Source: a virus (lineage: Duplodnaviria > Caudoviricetes). From it: a stretch of DNA of 64,000 bases. Under the pieces are notes generated by a model, which saw only the letters and a program-made list of their open reading frames with translations, did not search any database and was not told the origin of the DNA. Shown here piece after piece: positions 1-9,482 of the stretch. Position 1 is the stretch's first letter. Every line of letters begins with the position of its first letter. Where the stretch lies: positions 24,745-88,744 of the IMG/VR virus record IMGVR_UViG_3300044719_000028; one strand, 5' to 3'. The position numbers were made by a program, and so were the translations under genes.

Positions 1-2
1 CT

Positions 3-119
3 TGGGATGCAAAGATGTTCCACGCTACTGATGCACTCAATCTCGGTTTGGTGAATCAGGTTATGGATCACAAACAATTCTCGGCCTATGTGGCTGACAA
101 GCATAAAGGAAAAGCGTAA
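3..119 (+). CDS. 3' end of a probable prohead protease (S49/ClpP-like), truncated by the window edge
   Basis: Open frame WDAKMFHATDALNLGLVNQVMDH...KA*. It resembles the C-terminus of S49 peptidases and has a TAATG overlap with the next gene, upstream of the capsid genes. Confidence 0.5.
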   Translation, partial: WDAKMFHATDALNLGLVNQVMDHKQFSAYVADKHKGKA

Positions 120-619
120 TGCTGAATCATCTTAAAAAGTTTTTTAACCAAGAAGAGGAAAAAGTCGAGATGACGACCGAAACCGTTGAAGCTTCTGCTG
201 GCGATAAACCTGCAATCGAAGCTGTGATGGCAGAACTCTCTGAAATGAAAGCAAGTTTTGCTCTGGTTTCGGAAGAACTGACTGCCGCTAAGGCTGAGCT
301 TGAAAAAGCACAAGCTGCTCTCAATGCTGCTGCTGAAGAAAAGGCTAAGGCCGAAGCTGATGCTCTGGCTGCAAAAATGAATGCACGCAAAGAAAAAGCT
401 GTCGCTGCTATGGGCACTGAAAAAGCTGATGCGTTTATGGCGGCTACTGAACAAATGGACGAAACGCAGTTTGAATCGTTCCTTGCAATTTTCAACACTA
501 ATGCTACTGCCGAGGCAAAGAGTGAGATGTTCCAAGAAGTCGGCGTTGAGACTAAGGCAGACGCTAAAGAGGAGCCTAAAGTTACTCATTTCAAACAATT
601 TATCAAAGGAAATAAATAA
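119..619 (+). CDS. Probable capsid scaffolding protein
   Basis: 166 aa, Ala/Glu/Lys-rich coiled coil, lying between the protease and the decoration/capsid genes. Confidence 0.6.
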   Translation: MLNHLKKFFNQEEEKVEMTTETVEASAGDKPAIEAVMAELSEMKASFALVSEELTAAKAELEKAQAALNAAAEEKAKAEADALAAKMNARKEKAVAAMGTEKADAFMAATEQMDETQFESFLAIFNTNATAEAKSEMFQEVGVETKADAKEEPKVTHFKQFIKGNK

Positions 620-621
620 TT

Positions 622-1017
622 ATGGCAAAGCTTGCTTCGCGTAGTAATAAGCTGTCTGGTGTTTTGGCATTTGAAGAAATGCCGGAATACGGCGTCTGCC
701 GCCGTGCTGTAACTGTCACGGTTGCTGCTGGCATGGACGTTGGTGCAGTTCTGCAATTTGACGGTACGAGCAAATACAAATGGGTTGCTAACGCTGACGT
801 TGCAACTCTGAACGCTGATGTTGTTGTGCTGATTGAAGCTGGGCTGGATGTCCCTTCGCTGGCTCCGGGCGACTACACGCTGACGGTTCTGCGCACTGGT
901 CACGCTGGTGTTGTGGATCAAGGTCTGCTGTTCAAGGATGCTGTCACGGCTGGTAACAAAACGACCGTCTATAACGCTCTGCGCGCTAAAAACATCCACG
1001 TCCGTACGGGCGTATAA
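622..1017 (+). CDS. Head decoration protein
   Basis: 131 aa, immediately upstream of the major capsid gene as in lambda D-E order. Confidence 0.65.
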   Translation: MAKLASRSNKLSGVLAFEEMPEYGVCRRAVTVTVAAGMDVGAVLQFDGTSKYKWVANADVATLNADVVVLIEAGLDVPSLAPGDYTLTVLRTGHAGVVDQGLLFKDAVTAGNKTTVYNALRAKNIHVRTGV

Positions 1018-1053
1018 GCCAAACTGGCGTTTAATAAATAAAGGAACACTCCA

Positions 1054-2106
1054 ATGAGCATGACTATTCGCGACTATTTCAATAGTTTCAAAAATGCCGA
1101 CTTCGTTGACGGTATTACCCAAACTCCGCTGCAATATGGCTACATCAACAGCCAAAATCTGTTCAACACCAAATCGACTAATCAGACTGCGATTATCTTC
1201 GATAAGGACTACCAAACTGTTACGCTGCTGCCGCAAGTGAATCGTGGTGCTAAGGCTGCTACGCAAGGTCACGAGCGCAAAGTGGATACGTTCTCGATTC
1301 CGCTGGCGTACTTCAAGCACGCAGACCGAATCACCAATGAGGACATCCAAGGTTGGCGCGCTCCGGGTTCGACCGATAACGAAACGTATGGCCGTGTCAC
1401 CGCAGAAAAGATGGCGGATCTGCGCCTTGCTTGGGACCAGACCGTTGAATACATGCGTCTGCAAGCCCTGAAAGGTGTTACCAAGTCGCCTGATGGCGTT
1501 GTGATGGCAGACATGTTTGCTCAGTTCAGCATCGTCCAAAGCCAAGTTGATTTCGATCTTGGTACGACGAGCACCAACGTTGATCAGAAAATCCGTACGC
1601 TGAAAACTGGTATCGCTAAGAGTGTTATGAATGGTGGCGCAATCGCTGGCGTTAAAGTGCTGGTTGACCCGGTGTTCTACGACAAGCTGATTTCGCATCC
1701 GAACATCAAGAATGCTTACCAATTCTTCATGGCTAACGGTGCTGGCAACCAAGCTCTGCGTGACGATAACACCGAGTACATGAAGTGGGGCATCATGGAT
1801 CACTTCACGCACCGTGGCATCACGTTCGTGTCGTACGACGCAACGTTTAACCTGCCGAACGGCACTACGGAAGCTGCTTTCGCTGATTCGACGGGTATTG
1901 CTTACGCTGACGGTGTTAAAGACCTGTTCAAAGCTTTCAATGGCCCTTCGGCTAAACTGTCGGAAGCTAATCAGCCGGGCCAAGAACTGTTCGTTCGTAC
2001 GTACGTCGATCCGCGTGACGAGTATGTCGAATTTGAACTGGAAGCTGCCCCGCTGATGTTCTGCACTCGTCCTGCATCGCTGTTCAAAGTTATCTCGTCC
2101 ACTTAA
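1054..2106 (+). CDS. Major capsid protein (lambda gpE-like, HK97 fold)
   Basis: 350 aa with gpE-family features (IPLAYFKHADRIT, TVEYMRLQALKG, C-terminal ELEAAPLMFCTRP), strong RBS and highly biased codons. Confidence 0.9.
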   Translation: MSMTIRDYFNSFKNADFVDGITQTPLQYGYINSQNLFNTKSTNQTAIIFDKDYQTVTLLPQVNRGAKAATQGHERKVDTFSIPLAYFKHADRITNEDIQGWRAPGSTDNETYGRVTAEKMADLRLAWDQTVEYMRLQALKGVTKSPDGVVMADMFAQFSIVQSQVDFDLGTTSTNVDQKIRTLKTGIAKSVMNGGAIAGVKVLVDPVFYDKLISHPNIKNAYQFFMANGAGNQALRDDNTEYMKWGIMDHFTHRGITFVSYDATFNLPNGTTEAAFADSTGIAYADGVKDLFKAFNGPSAKLSEANQPGQELFVRTYVDPRDEYVEFELEAAPLMFCTRPASLFKVISST

Positions 2107-2121
2107 TTAGTTGACTTGCTG

Positions 2122-2146
2122 AAGTGCCTCTTGCTGGGGCACTTTG
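2122..2146 (+). terminator. Hairpin after the capsid gene
   Basis: aagtgcctc-ttgct-ggggcactt followed by tgt. Confidence 0.5.
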
Positions 2147-2167
2147 TCAATTCTACTAGGAGAAAAG

Positions 2168-2629
2168 ATGCCCCTTATCGATCTTACCTCCCCTGTCGGT
2201 AAGCTGCGCTACCGTCTTGGTGATTATCTTGATATCCCACGTCTTCCTGACGAAGTGTATGAAAGCGCACTCACGGATACCAACAACAATCTTCGCGCAG
2301 CAACGATCTTGTGTGGGCAGTATATTCTTGCGGGCCTAGCGTTTGATACGCAGCAAAAAATGGGCATCGTTGAAGTATATGGTCAACAAGCATTTGCACA
2401 ATATCTTCAGTATATCAAGCTTGTTATTAAAGAGCCTGCACTGAATCAGACTTGCCCTATTCCGTACGTTGCTGGTGCAGACGAAGTTCATCCTATTCTT
2501 CAATTCAAGGAAGACTTCATTAACGCTCAGAACCGCCCCACTTCGGACGAACGCTTGCATCAGATTGCTATTGGGCCATTTGACCCGTACAGCGGCCCTG
2601 TCGCTAACGGTGGCGTGGAGCCACAATAA
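2168..2629 (+). CDS. Probable head-tail adaptor
   Basis: RBS aggag before ATG 2168, position after the capsid gene, and an adaptor-like N-terminus (KLRYRLGD). Confidence 0.55.
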   Translation: MPLIDLTSPVGKLRYRLGDYLDIPRLPDEVYESALTDTNNNLRAATILCGQYILAGLAFDTQQKMGIVEVYGQQAFAQYLQYIKLVIKEPALNQTCPIPYVAGADEVHPILQFKEDFINAQNRPTSDERLHQIAIGPFDPYSGPVANGGVEPQ

Positions 2630-3024
2630 TGAACAGTCTTGACCGCACAGTTGCATCCATGATGTCCAAATTCGGTACGACAGCGTATATAACTGTCGCA
2701 ATCTCCGAAGAATACGATCCTTCCACGTCAGAGAATGTCGTCACTTACCAAGACTATCTTGTGAACATTATGGTGTTTGACTACGTACGCAAGAATGAAG
2801 GCGAAGGCACACAGAATAACACTCTCATCAAAACTGGCGATAAGCAAGTGTATGTGCAGCCTCCACAAAAGACTGAAGCTGGTATTCCTCTGCCACACCT
2901 TTCTGCCAACAGAGACTTCCTCAAGATTGGTGATAAGACATACAAGATTGTGACAGTGAAGCAACTTAACCCTTCGCTTGCCCAAGAAAATTGCATTCTC
3001 TACGAATTGTATATTCGTGAATAA
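2629..3024 (+). CDS. Probable head closure protein
   Basis: 131 aa (EYDPSTSENV...LIKTGDKQVY), assigned from size and synteny. Confidence 0.55.
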   Translation: MNSLDRTVASMMSKFGTTAYITVAISEEYDPSTSENVVTYQDYLVNIMVFDYVRKNEGEGTQNNTLIKTGDKQVYVQPPQKTEAGIPLPHLSANRDFLKIGDKTYKIVTVKQLNPSLAQENCILYELYIRE

Positions 3025-3050
3025 ACACAACAAACATAAAGGAAATTGAA

Positions 3051-3494
3051 ATGGCGGCTCTCAGCGACTATTTGGAAAATAAGCTTGTTGACTTCGTATT
3101 CCGTGGTCAACCCTTCACGCCTCCCACAACTCTGTATGTGGCCCTTTTCACGACTGCGGATAACGATGCTGGTAGTCAGCGCGTGGAAGTAAGTGGTGGT
3201 TCGTATGCCCGCGTTGCTGTTGCTTCGTCGCTCGCTAATTGGGCTGGTACGCAAGGTGCAGGTACAACCGTGGCATCCACAGGTACGTCTGGTACAACGT
3301 CGAATAACAACTCCATTACGTTCCCTGCTCCGACTGCTGGTTGGGGTACTGTTGTAGGTATTGGCATTTTTGACGCTGCTACAGGTGGCAATGAGCTTGT
3401 CTACGGTGCTCTTGCAACTTCTAAAACTATCAATAGCGGCGACGCTGCACCTCTGTTCTCGGCTGCCGCCCTGTCGCTGCAACTTGATAACTGA
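3051..3494 (+). CDS. Virion structural/fibre-associated protein
   Basis: MAALSDYLENKLVDFVFRG...EVSGGSYARV...ITFPAPTAGWGTV, a recognisable phage virion protein family. Confidence 0.55.
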   Translation: MAALSDYLENKLVDFVFRGQPFTPPTTLYVALFTTADNDAGSQRVEVSGGSYARVAVASSLANWAGTQGAGTTVASTGTSGTTSNNNSITFPAPTAGWGTVVGIGIFDAATGGNELVYGALATSKTINSGDAAPLFSAAALSLQLDN

Positions 3495-3505
3495 TAGGTG
3501 ATGCA

Positions 3506-5026
3506 ATGAAATTTGCAACACGACTTAAACAAACCGCGAGCGCTCTTAGCTCCACTACTCTTTCCGTTGGTGCTGTCGTTACGCTTGGGGCGGCAGCTAC
3601 TAATTGCCGCACGCTTGCACAAGCTATTAGTGATGGCGCTGCTGCGAGCGATACAACTGCAATTCAGGTTAACGATACGAACGTGCCATTTGTCTTTGAC
3701 GACGGCACAAACTGGATGGAAGCCTATTGCACCATTACGAGCACTACGCAGATTACGATTGGTCAGATTGTTTCTGGCTCTAACGGCACAAATGCTGTGA
3801 CATTCTCTGGTGCGCTGCCTACGGTGTTCAATGTTATTCCCGGTAAGTGGCTTCGTCAAGTTGTTATTAGCACTGACGGTGTAGCTCCAAGCGGCCTTTC
3901 CGCAGCAGGTACGTTGTCCAACACGGACACTGTTCTAATCTCGCAAGACGGTAATAATATCGTCACGACGACGCTTGCAAGTATCAAGACTTTTGTTGGT
4001 GCTATTGTAGACACTACCGCACCCACTACTCCTACAGGTCTCGCGTCGTCTGGTGTGACTGCAACAGCGGCAACGCTGTCGTGGACCGCATCTACTGACA
4101 ACAGTGGGGCTACTCCGACGTATGAAGTGTCAAATAATGGATCGTCGTGGACAGCAGTCTCGGCAACAACGTATAACTTCACGGGTCTTACAGCATCCAC
4201 TTTGTACACCTTGCAGGTTCGTGCCATAGACGGTTCCGGTAACAAGTCGGCAGCAGCTTCATTGCAAGTTACAACAAGCGCAGCATCCGACACACAAGCA
4301 CCTGTTATGTCAGGGAGTGTTACGAGTAGTAACATCACGTCCAGCGGACTTACGATGTCCTACAGCGCAGGTACAGATAACGTAGGAATTACACGATACG
4401 ATGTTAGCGTTGATACTGGTACAGCAAACTGGATCGCAAACGGTACAAACCTATCGTATAACGCCACGGGCCTATCTGCTTCTACAGGGTACACTCTACG
4501 TGTTCGTGCAGTGGATGCAGCAGGTAACATCTCCAACGTGCTGACCGCGAGCGCAACGACGAGTGCAGCAGGTACTCCACAATACATTCTGACTGGCCCT
4601 CCGGCTAACTCGGCAAGCTTCAACCAAGGTCCGACTGCGATGACCACACAATCAGGGGCTGACTCGTACTCGTCGCAATCTGCGGCAATTTACGTCAAGA
4701 CAGCGGCAGGAGTTGCTGCACCCAAACCAGTCAAGTTTGCATGGGGTAAGTCGCCCACCACTCCGCCGCTGCACTACAACGACACCGCGCTGCCTATCGG
4801 CGTCAACGGCAACACGACCGGACACACAGGCAACGCCTCGGGATCGTCGAGCGGCCTCGGCGGCTGGACCACGTCGGCGGACGCGCTCTACGGCCTGTTC
4901 TCGGCAGGTAGCGCGTACGCATGGGGTACGCCGGGTACTTATTACCTGTGGGTGCTCACTTCGGACGGCTTTGAGAAAGCTTACGACAACAACACAGGCA
5001 CGGCAATTGGTTGGGTGCTGACATGA
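3506..5026 (+). CDS. Virion protein with two fibronectin type III domains
   Basis: Two repeats of the form DTxAP...L[ST][WY]xAxTDN...Y.V...W...T.Y..TGL.AST.YTL.VRA.D..GN. Confidence 0.72.
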   Translation: MKFATRLKQTASALSSTTLSVGAVVTLGAAATNCRTLAQAISDGAAASDTTAIQVNDTNVPFVFDDGTNWMEAYCTITSTTQITIGQIVSGSNGTNAVTFSGALPTVFNVIPGKWLRQVVISTDGVAPSGLSAAGTLSNTDTVLISQDGNNIVTTTLASIKTFVGAIVDTTAPTTPTGLASSGVTATAATLSWTASTDNSGATPTYEVSNNGSSWTAVSATTYNFTGLTASTLYTLQVRAIDGSGNKSAAASLQVTTSAASDTQAPVMSGSVTSSNITSSGLTMSYSAGTDNVGITRYDVSVDTGTANWIANGTNLSYNATGLSASTGYTLRVRAVDAAGNISNVLTASATTSAAGTPQYILTGPPANSASFNQGPTAMTTQSGADSYSSQSAAIYVKTAAGVAAPKPVKFAWGKSPTTPPLHYNDTALPIGVNGNTTGHTGNASGSSSGLGGWTTSADALYGLFSAGSAYAWGTPGTYYLWVLTSDGFEKAYDNNTGTAIGWVLT

Positions 5027-6762
5027 CGGGGTTTATCCTCGGTAAGAATGGTCGTCTGCTGTTGGCTGGTGGGCGCCCTCTCATTGCAGGAGGTGCTGTT
5101 CAATCGAGTGGTGGTAACTCTACTTTGAGTGCGTTAACAGCATTCTATTTAGGGAATACCGCTGCTCGCTTCAATATTCAGCCTAATGCTGCAAGTGGTA
5201 ACACATTAGCCGATGTACCATTCTTGTTCACATATACAGGTTCGGTTCCTGTGAACGTGAAGGCACGAGTCATTGACCAGAACGGAGTGGCTGTTCCCGG
5301 CGCAGATTGGGCTACGCTGCAAACTGTAACGTACGACGATACTACTAAGGTTATGCTTGGCTATTTGACGGGTGTACGTGTGGGGGCGCAGTACCGGCGT
5401 GAGATTCGGCTTGGTACTGACGACACTACAAAACTTACCGACACTAAGATTTTCGGCGTCGGTCCCAATATCGTGCTGTCGGGTCAGTCGAATATGCAAG
5501 GAACCCTTAGCACAAACATCAGCGTTTCGTCTACTGTTCCGGGGGTCACGCCAACGATCAACGAGGGAGACTTCTGGAAGAACAACGGCACGACGATGTA
5601 TTTCGGCTGCAACGGCTGCATTGCGCCATTGGGCGCTGGCGGCCAGAACAACGGCAGCAGCAGTATCGGTGGTGGGTCGAATTTGTCGATGGAGTCCGGT
5701 GGCCTTCTGGCGTTGAGCAGAATTGTCGGCGACCGACTCGCAGCCAAATACGGGCGTAAGGTCGGCGTTGGTATCGTGCCGTGGACAGTCGGTGGAACAT
5801 CCATGTCGCACTTTCTGCCGGGCGGAGACTTCACGTCGATCTACACGAACACAGGCTACACGGCTGGGACGATTGGCATGGCTTCACCACGCAACACGTC
5901 TGCACCCGCTATCGTGTGGGCTGGGGATTACCAGATTGTAGCGTGGCACCAAGGCGAGACGGGATCGAACCTGACGCGTGCGCAACGATTTGCCGACCTC
6001 AAGACGTACTGCCAGATGCACATCAATAACGTGGCGCCATATGGCCGCACTGCCGACAAGTTGACGTTCCTGTTTGCCATGATGGGGCCTTATGGCGTCT
6101 CACCAAGTACGCAAGTTCCCACAGTACCGTACGCGGAAGTGCTGCGAGGTGCTGTGCTTGATTTGGTTGCCTACGGTGCTACACAAACACCTCCGTGGGA
6201 TGTGCGAGTCGGCTGGACGTGTATTGATCTTGACGCAGGGCTGAATACTGCAGATGGGTTACATATGCTCGCCCCTCAAGCACAGCTAAGTTGCTTCCGC
6301 TTGATTCAAGCGATTAATCACGTAATTGACCCTACGAACGTCCCGTTTGGCGGTGAAGGTCCTAAGTTGACAGGAGCATACACGAGGTCGGGAGATGACA
6401 TCACGCTTACGGTTGCGCACAACGGCGGATCGGGGCTAGCAGCAAAGACACCCGGTTCACCGATTACTGGTTGGTACGCAAACACTGCCGCAGATGCAAC
6501 CGGAAGTTTTACAGGCTCTGACCTTACGATTTCCAACGTTACCATTGTGGATTCAACGCATATCAAGATTACCGTCACAGGAGCGCCCACAACGTTCTTC
6601 GTCAAGCATTGCGGTGGCACGACGAACGCCGTAAATAGCTACCGACCGGACGTGTCGAACCTCATCTACGACAATGTTGTGTATCCTACAGGGGCAAATT
6701 CAGGTGAGCAGTACACTGGGATGCCATTGCAGCCTACACCAACACCAATCCAGATTGGATAA
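5023..6762 (+). CDS. SGNH-family (sialate O-acetylesterase-like) carbohydrate esterase, probably virion-associated
   Basis: Blocks LSGQSNM, WHQGE and DGLH, with an ATGA overlap with the upstream gene. Confidence 0.7.
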   Translation: MTGFILGKNGRLLLAGGRPLIAGGAVQSSGGNSTLSALTAFYLGNTAARFNIQPNAASGNTLADVPFLFTYTGSVPVNVKARVIDQNGVAVPGADWATLQTVTYDDTTKVMLGYLTGVRVGAQYRREIRLGTDDTTKLTDTKIFGVGPNIVLSGQSNMQGTLSTNISVSSTVPGVTPTINEGDFWKNNGTTMYFGCNGCIAPLGAGGQNNGSSSIGGGSNLSMESGGLLALSRIVGDRLAAKYGRKVGVGIVPWTVGGTSMSHFLPGGDFTSIYTNTGYTAGTIGMASPRNTSAPAIVWAGDYQIVAWHQGETGSNLTRAQRFADLKTYCQMHINNVAPYGRTADKLTFLFAMMGPYGVSPSTQVPTVPYAEVLRGAVLDLVAYGATQTPPWDVRVGWTCIDLDAGLNTADGLHMLAPQAQLSCFRLIQAINHVIDPTNVPFGGEGPKLTGAYTRSGDDITLTVAHNGGSGLAAKTPGSPITGWYANTAADATGSFTGSDLTISNVTIVDSTHIKITVTGAPTTFFVKHCGGTTNAVNSYRPDVSNLIYDNVVYPTGANSGEQYTGMPLQPTPTPIQIG

Positions 6763-6771
6763 GAGGAAAGC

Positions 6772-7524
6772 ATGATAGGAAATAACGCGATTGGCTCGGA
6801 TGCAGTGGGCACAAGCGGGGCAAACCCTGCTGCTAATTTGTCGTGTACGTTATCGGCATCCTCTACTGCAACCGCGTCCTTAACCACTAAAATTTCAATG
6901 GTTGCTGCATTAACTACAGCGGCAACATTGAGTGCAAGTTTTGTCTCTGGACAGGCTCTGTTATCGGCAAGTCTTTCTTCGGCTTCGTCAATTACAGCTA
7001 GCCTGAACACAGCGATTAGTCTGCAAACAAGCCTTGCATCAGTAAGTAGTTTGACTGCTAGTTTAACATCTTCTGCTGGTGCACGTTTGCAAGCAATTTT
7101 AGCAACGTCTAGCGGTTTGTCTGCTGACTTGACAATACAACAGGTAATTCCAATGTTTACTCCAAGCGCAGCAAGAACTATTAACGTCCAAGCCACATCT
7201 CCTGTTTTCACTGGTGGTAAGTGGTGGACTATGACGGACCCCAAGAAGCCACGAGGCCTTAAAGACCCTGATGCTACGATTGACATCACATTCGACTGGT
7301 CTAACTGGCTGGACGATATCGGCTCTGTTCAGATTTCAGACGTAACGTTCACACTTAATGGATTGAACAGTGTTGGTAGTTTCTCTGACGGTACAAAAGT
7401 AACGGTGTTTGTCTCTGGGGGCACGGCTAGCAGCAGCGCTACTATTGCTTGCAAGATCAAAACTCTAACAGTCCCTGCACGAACAGACGAGAGAACTGTT
7501 TATATTGACATTGCGGATGAATGA
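6772..7524 (+). CDS. Virion protein with an Ala/Ser/Leu/Thr-rich stalk and a C-terminal KDPDATIDITFDW domain
   Basis: Low-complexity N-terminal half, a phage-type C-terminal domain, and structural-gene context. Confidence 0.45.
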   Translation: MIGNNAIGSDAVGTSGANPAANLSCTLSASSTATASLTTKISMVAALTTAATLSASFVSGQALLSASLSSASSITASLNTAISLQTSLASVSSLTASLTSSAGARLQAILATSSGLSADLTIQQVIPMFTPSAARTINVQATSPVFTGGKWWTMTDPKKPRGLKDPDATIDITFDWSNWLDDIGSVQISDVTFTLNGLNSVGSFSDGTKVTVFVSGGTASSSATIACKIKTLTVPARTDERTVYIDIADE

Positions 7525-7925
7525 TGAACTCTTGCACAGTGATTATTATAAACGAGTCATTAGCACGAGATGATGTGAGATTTGCTGCCAAACCTACAGT
7601 GGAACTTCGTGCTGTTCCATTTGGCGCGATGAAGAAGCAGATCATCAAAAATGCAGCACTCTTTGAGCAAGATGTATTTTCTGTTTTTGATGCTGCGACG
7701 AACCTTCCTGCTGACATTGCAGGAATGGCCATCTTTCTCACATTGTCTAATTCAGATGGGGAGGTTGTGCAAGTTAAGGGTAAAGTTGATTCTGATATCA
7801 AAGGAATGATTTCTTTCTCTTACAAACCTCCTTCCGTTGGCTTTTACAACTACGACATTTCTGTGAAAGCTGCTAACGAATATTCGCAAAGTCTACTGTC
7901 TGGTTCGTATGTTGTGCAGTCGTAG
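7521..7925 (+). CDS. Virion protein, possibly Ig/BppU-like
   Basis: 134 aa beta-rich pattern (G.ISFSY...GFYNYDISV...LLSGSYVV). Confidence 0.4.
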   Translation: MMNSCTVIIINESLARDDVRFAAKPTVELRAVPFGAMKKQIIKNAALFEQDVFSVFDAATNLPADIAGMAIFLTLSNSDGEVVQVKGKVDSDIKGMISFSYKPPSVGFYNYDISVKAANEYSQSLLSGSYVVQS

Positions 7926-7927
7926 AA

Positions 7928-7956
7928 TTGACAAGAATGTTAGCCGGTGCTATAAT
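7928..7956 (+). promoter_or_regulatory. Perfect sigma70 consensus promoter
   Basis: TTGACA-17bp-TATAAT upstream of gene 7977. Confidence 0.85.
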
Positions 7957-7976
7957 TCTGATCTATAGGGAGACGT

Positions 7977-8420
7977 ATGGGAAGTTTCACTGATTCTCTC
8001 AAATCAAACATCAATCGCGTGCAGCAAGAAGTTAACACTAAGATTAATTTTGTCGCTTACACGCTGTTCTACAAGATCGTCAATAATTCTCCTCACGTTG
8101 GTGACGGACCGTATGTTGCGGGTCATTTCGTTGCTAACTGGTTCCCTGCTGTTAATTCTTACGACAGGTCGATTACGAACGCTACAAGCAATGGTAGTGA
8201 CAGCCTAGCCAGAATCGATATGATTGTAAAGGAGTCTAACGCATTCTTCCAAAAGGATGGATTTGTTACGCTCTCTAACAATCTAACATATGCAATGCGT
8301 GTGGAAATCCTCGCTTGGCCTGCTGGTAAAGACCCTATTAGCGGTTGGACTTGGACAGGTTTGCGCAGGTATTACGCTCCGGTGGCAGTTTCTATGAATG
8401 CGATGAAAGGCTCTGTTTAA
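7977..8420 (+). CDS. Neck/tail completion protein (HK97 gp10-like position)
   Basis: 147 aa with SPHVGDG...GHFVANW, upstream of the tail terminator. Confidence 0.55.
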   Translation: MGSFTDSLKSNINRVQQEVNTKINFVAYTLFYKIVNNSPHVGDGPYVAGHFVANWFPAVNSYDRSITNATSNGSDSLARIDMIVKESNAFFQKDGFVTLSNNLTYAMRVEILAWPAGKDPISGWTWTGLRRYYAPVAVSMNAMKGSV

Positions 8421-8812
8421 TGAACATTCGACAAGAAGTTGAAACTGCACTACGTGTGTATGCCACCAGCAAGAACATCCCTGTTGCAGTTGAGGGGGTT
8501 CCCTTCAACAAACCTTCTACTGGCAACTGGCTGGAACTTGTATTCCTTGCTTCAGATACGACCAATCCGACAGTAGATGGTACAAGGGTGCGTAAGACAG
8601 GTGTTTTCCAGATCAACTGTTATACACCCACGGGCAAGGGCATGAAAGCTCTCGACATCATGTCTGAGGAGGTTGTTGCCTTGTTCCCCTTCGATCAAAA
8701 AGAAGTATACCAAACTTTCTCTGTAGAGCAAACTCCAAATGCCAGTCAAGCTATGCAAGATGCAGCGTTCTTGATGTGTGCTGTTAGAGTTAAATACAGG
8801 CAAGAATTCTAG
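8420..8812 (+). CDS. Tail terminator protein
   Basis: G.FQINCYTPTGKG...VRVKYR pattern, upstream of the tail tube gene, with a TAATG overlap. Confidence 0.65.
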   Translation: MNIRQEVETALRVYATSKNIPVAVEGVPFNKPSTGNWLELVFLASDTTNPTVDGTRVRKTGVFQINCYTPTGKGMKALDIMSEEVVALFPFDQKEVYQTFSVEQTPNASQAMQDAAFLMCAVRVKYRQEF

Positions 8813-8893
8813 AGCTTCTAGCTCACAAAAAGAATACGGCTAGAAGTCGTATAACAAGCATCTTTGCAAAGATAACTATTTAAAGGAAATAAA

Positions 8894-9343
8894 ATGACTG
8901 TAATGACATCTGCCACCACTACCCTGTACGCTTCGGCAACTCTGCCGACTACGTACGATAAAACGGGTTACGAGGCTCTGACTTGGACGAAGATTTCGGA
9001 AGTGAATAACGTTGGTGCTATCGGTGGTACTAACTCGATGCAGAAGCATATGCCGATTGACACTGGCACTGTTGTCAAGATTCCGGGTTCGCGTGACGAA
9101 GGTAGTGCAGAAATCACGATGGCGAAGCACCAAGGAAGTGACACCACTCTTCTGCAAACAGCTTTTGACGCACGCACTCCGATTGCTCTGAAGATTGTGT
9201 ACCCCACTGCACTTGGTGTGACTGCTTACACCACTGGCTACGTTGCCACCAATGTTACCACGATTGGTACGTCGGATACGATTCTTGAACTGAAAACCAC
9301 GGTCGATCTGGCTACTAAGATTCTCGAAATCACTGCGTCGTAA
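8894..9343 (+). CDS. Major tail (tube) protein
   Basis: 149 aa, strong RBS, upstream of the chaperone and tape measure genes. Confidence 0.75.
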   Translation: MTVMTSATTTLYASATLPTTYDKTGYEALTWTKISEVNNVGAIGGTNSMQKHMPIDTGTVVKIPGSRDEGSAEITMAKHQGSDTTLLQTAFDARTPIALKIVYPTALGVTAYTTGYVATNVTTIGTSDTILELKTTVDLATKILEITAS

Positions 9344-9348
9344 TACAG

Positions 9349-9372
9349 AGAGGGCTACGGCCCTCTATTCTT
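9349..9372 (+). terminator. Rho-independent terminator
   Basis: agagggc-tacg-gccctct followed by attctt. Confidence 0.6.
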
Positions 9373-9482
9373 CTAAGTATTCTAACACAGATTAGAGTCT
9401 TTAGAAGAATCAATAAAAGGCAGCATAGCCTTCTTTCAACGCTCTCATGAGCAAACTATAACATAACCAAAGGAACTCTACC

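Noticed and set aside
8860-8873. Perfect 14-bp palindrome as a stand-alone operator
   Set aside because: A few such palindromes are expected by chance in 64 kb. It is kept only as part of the tail-gene flank observation.
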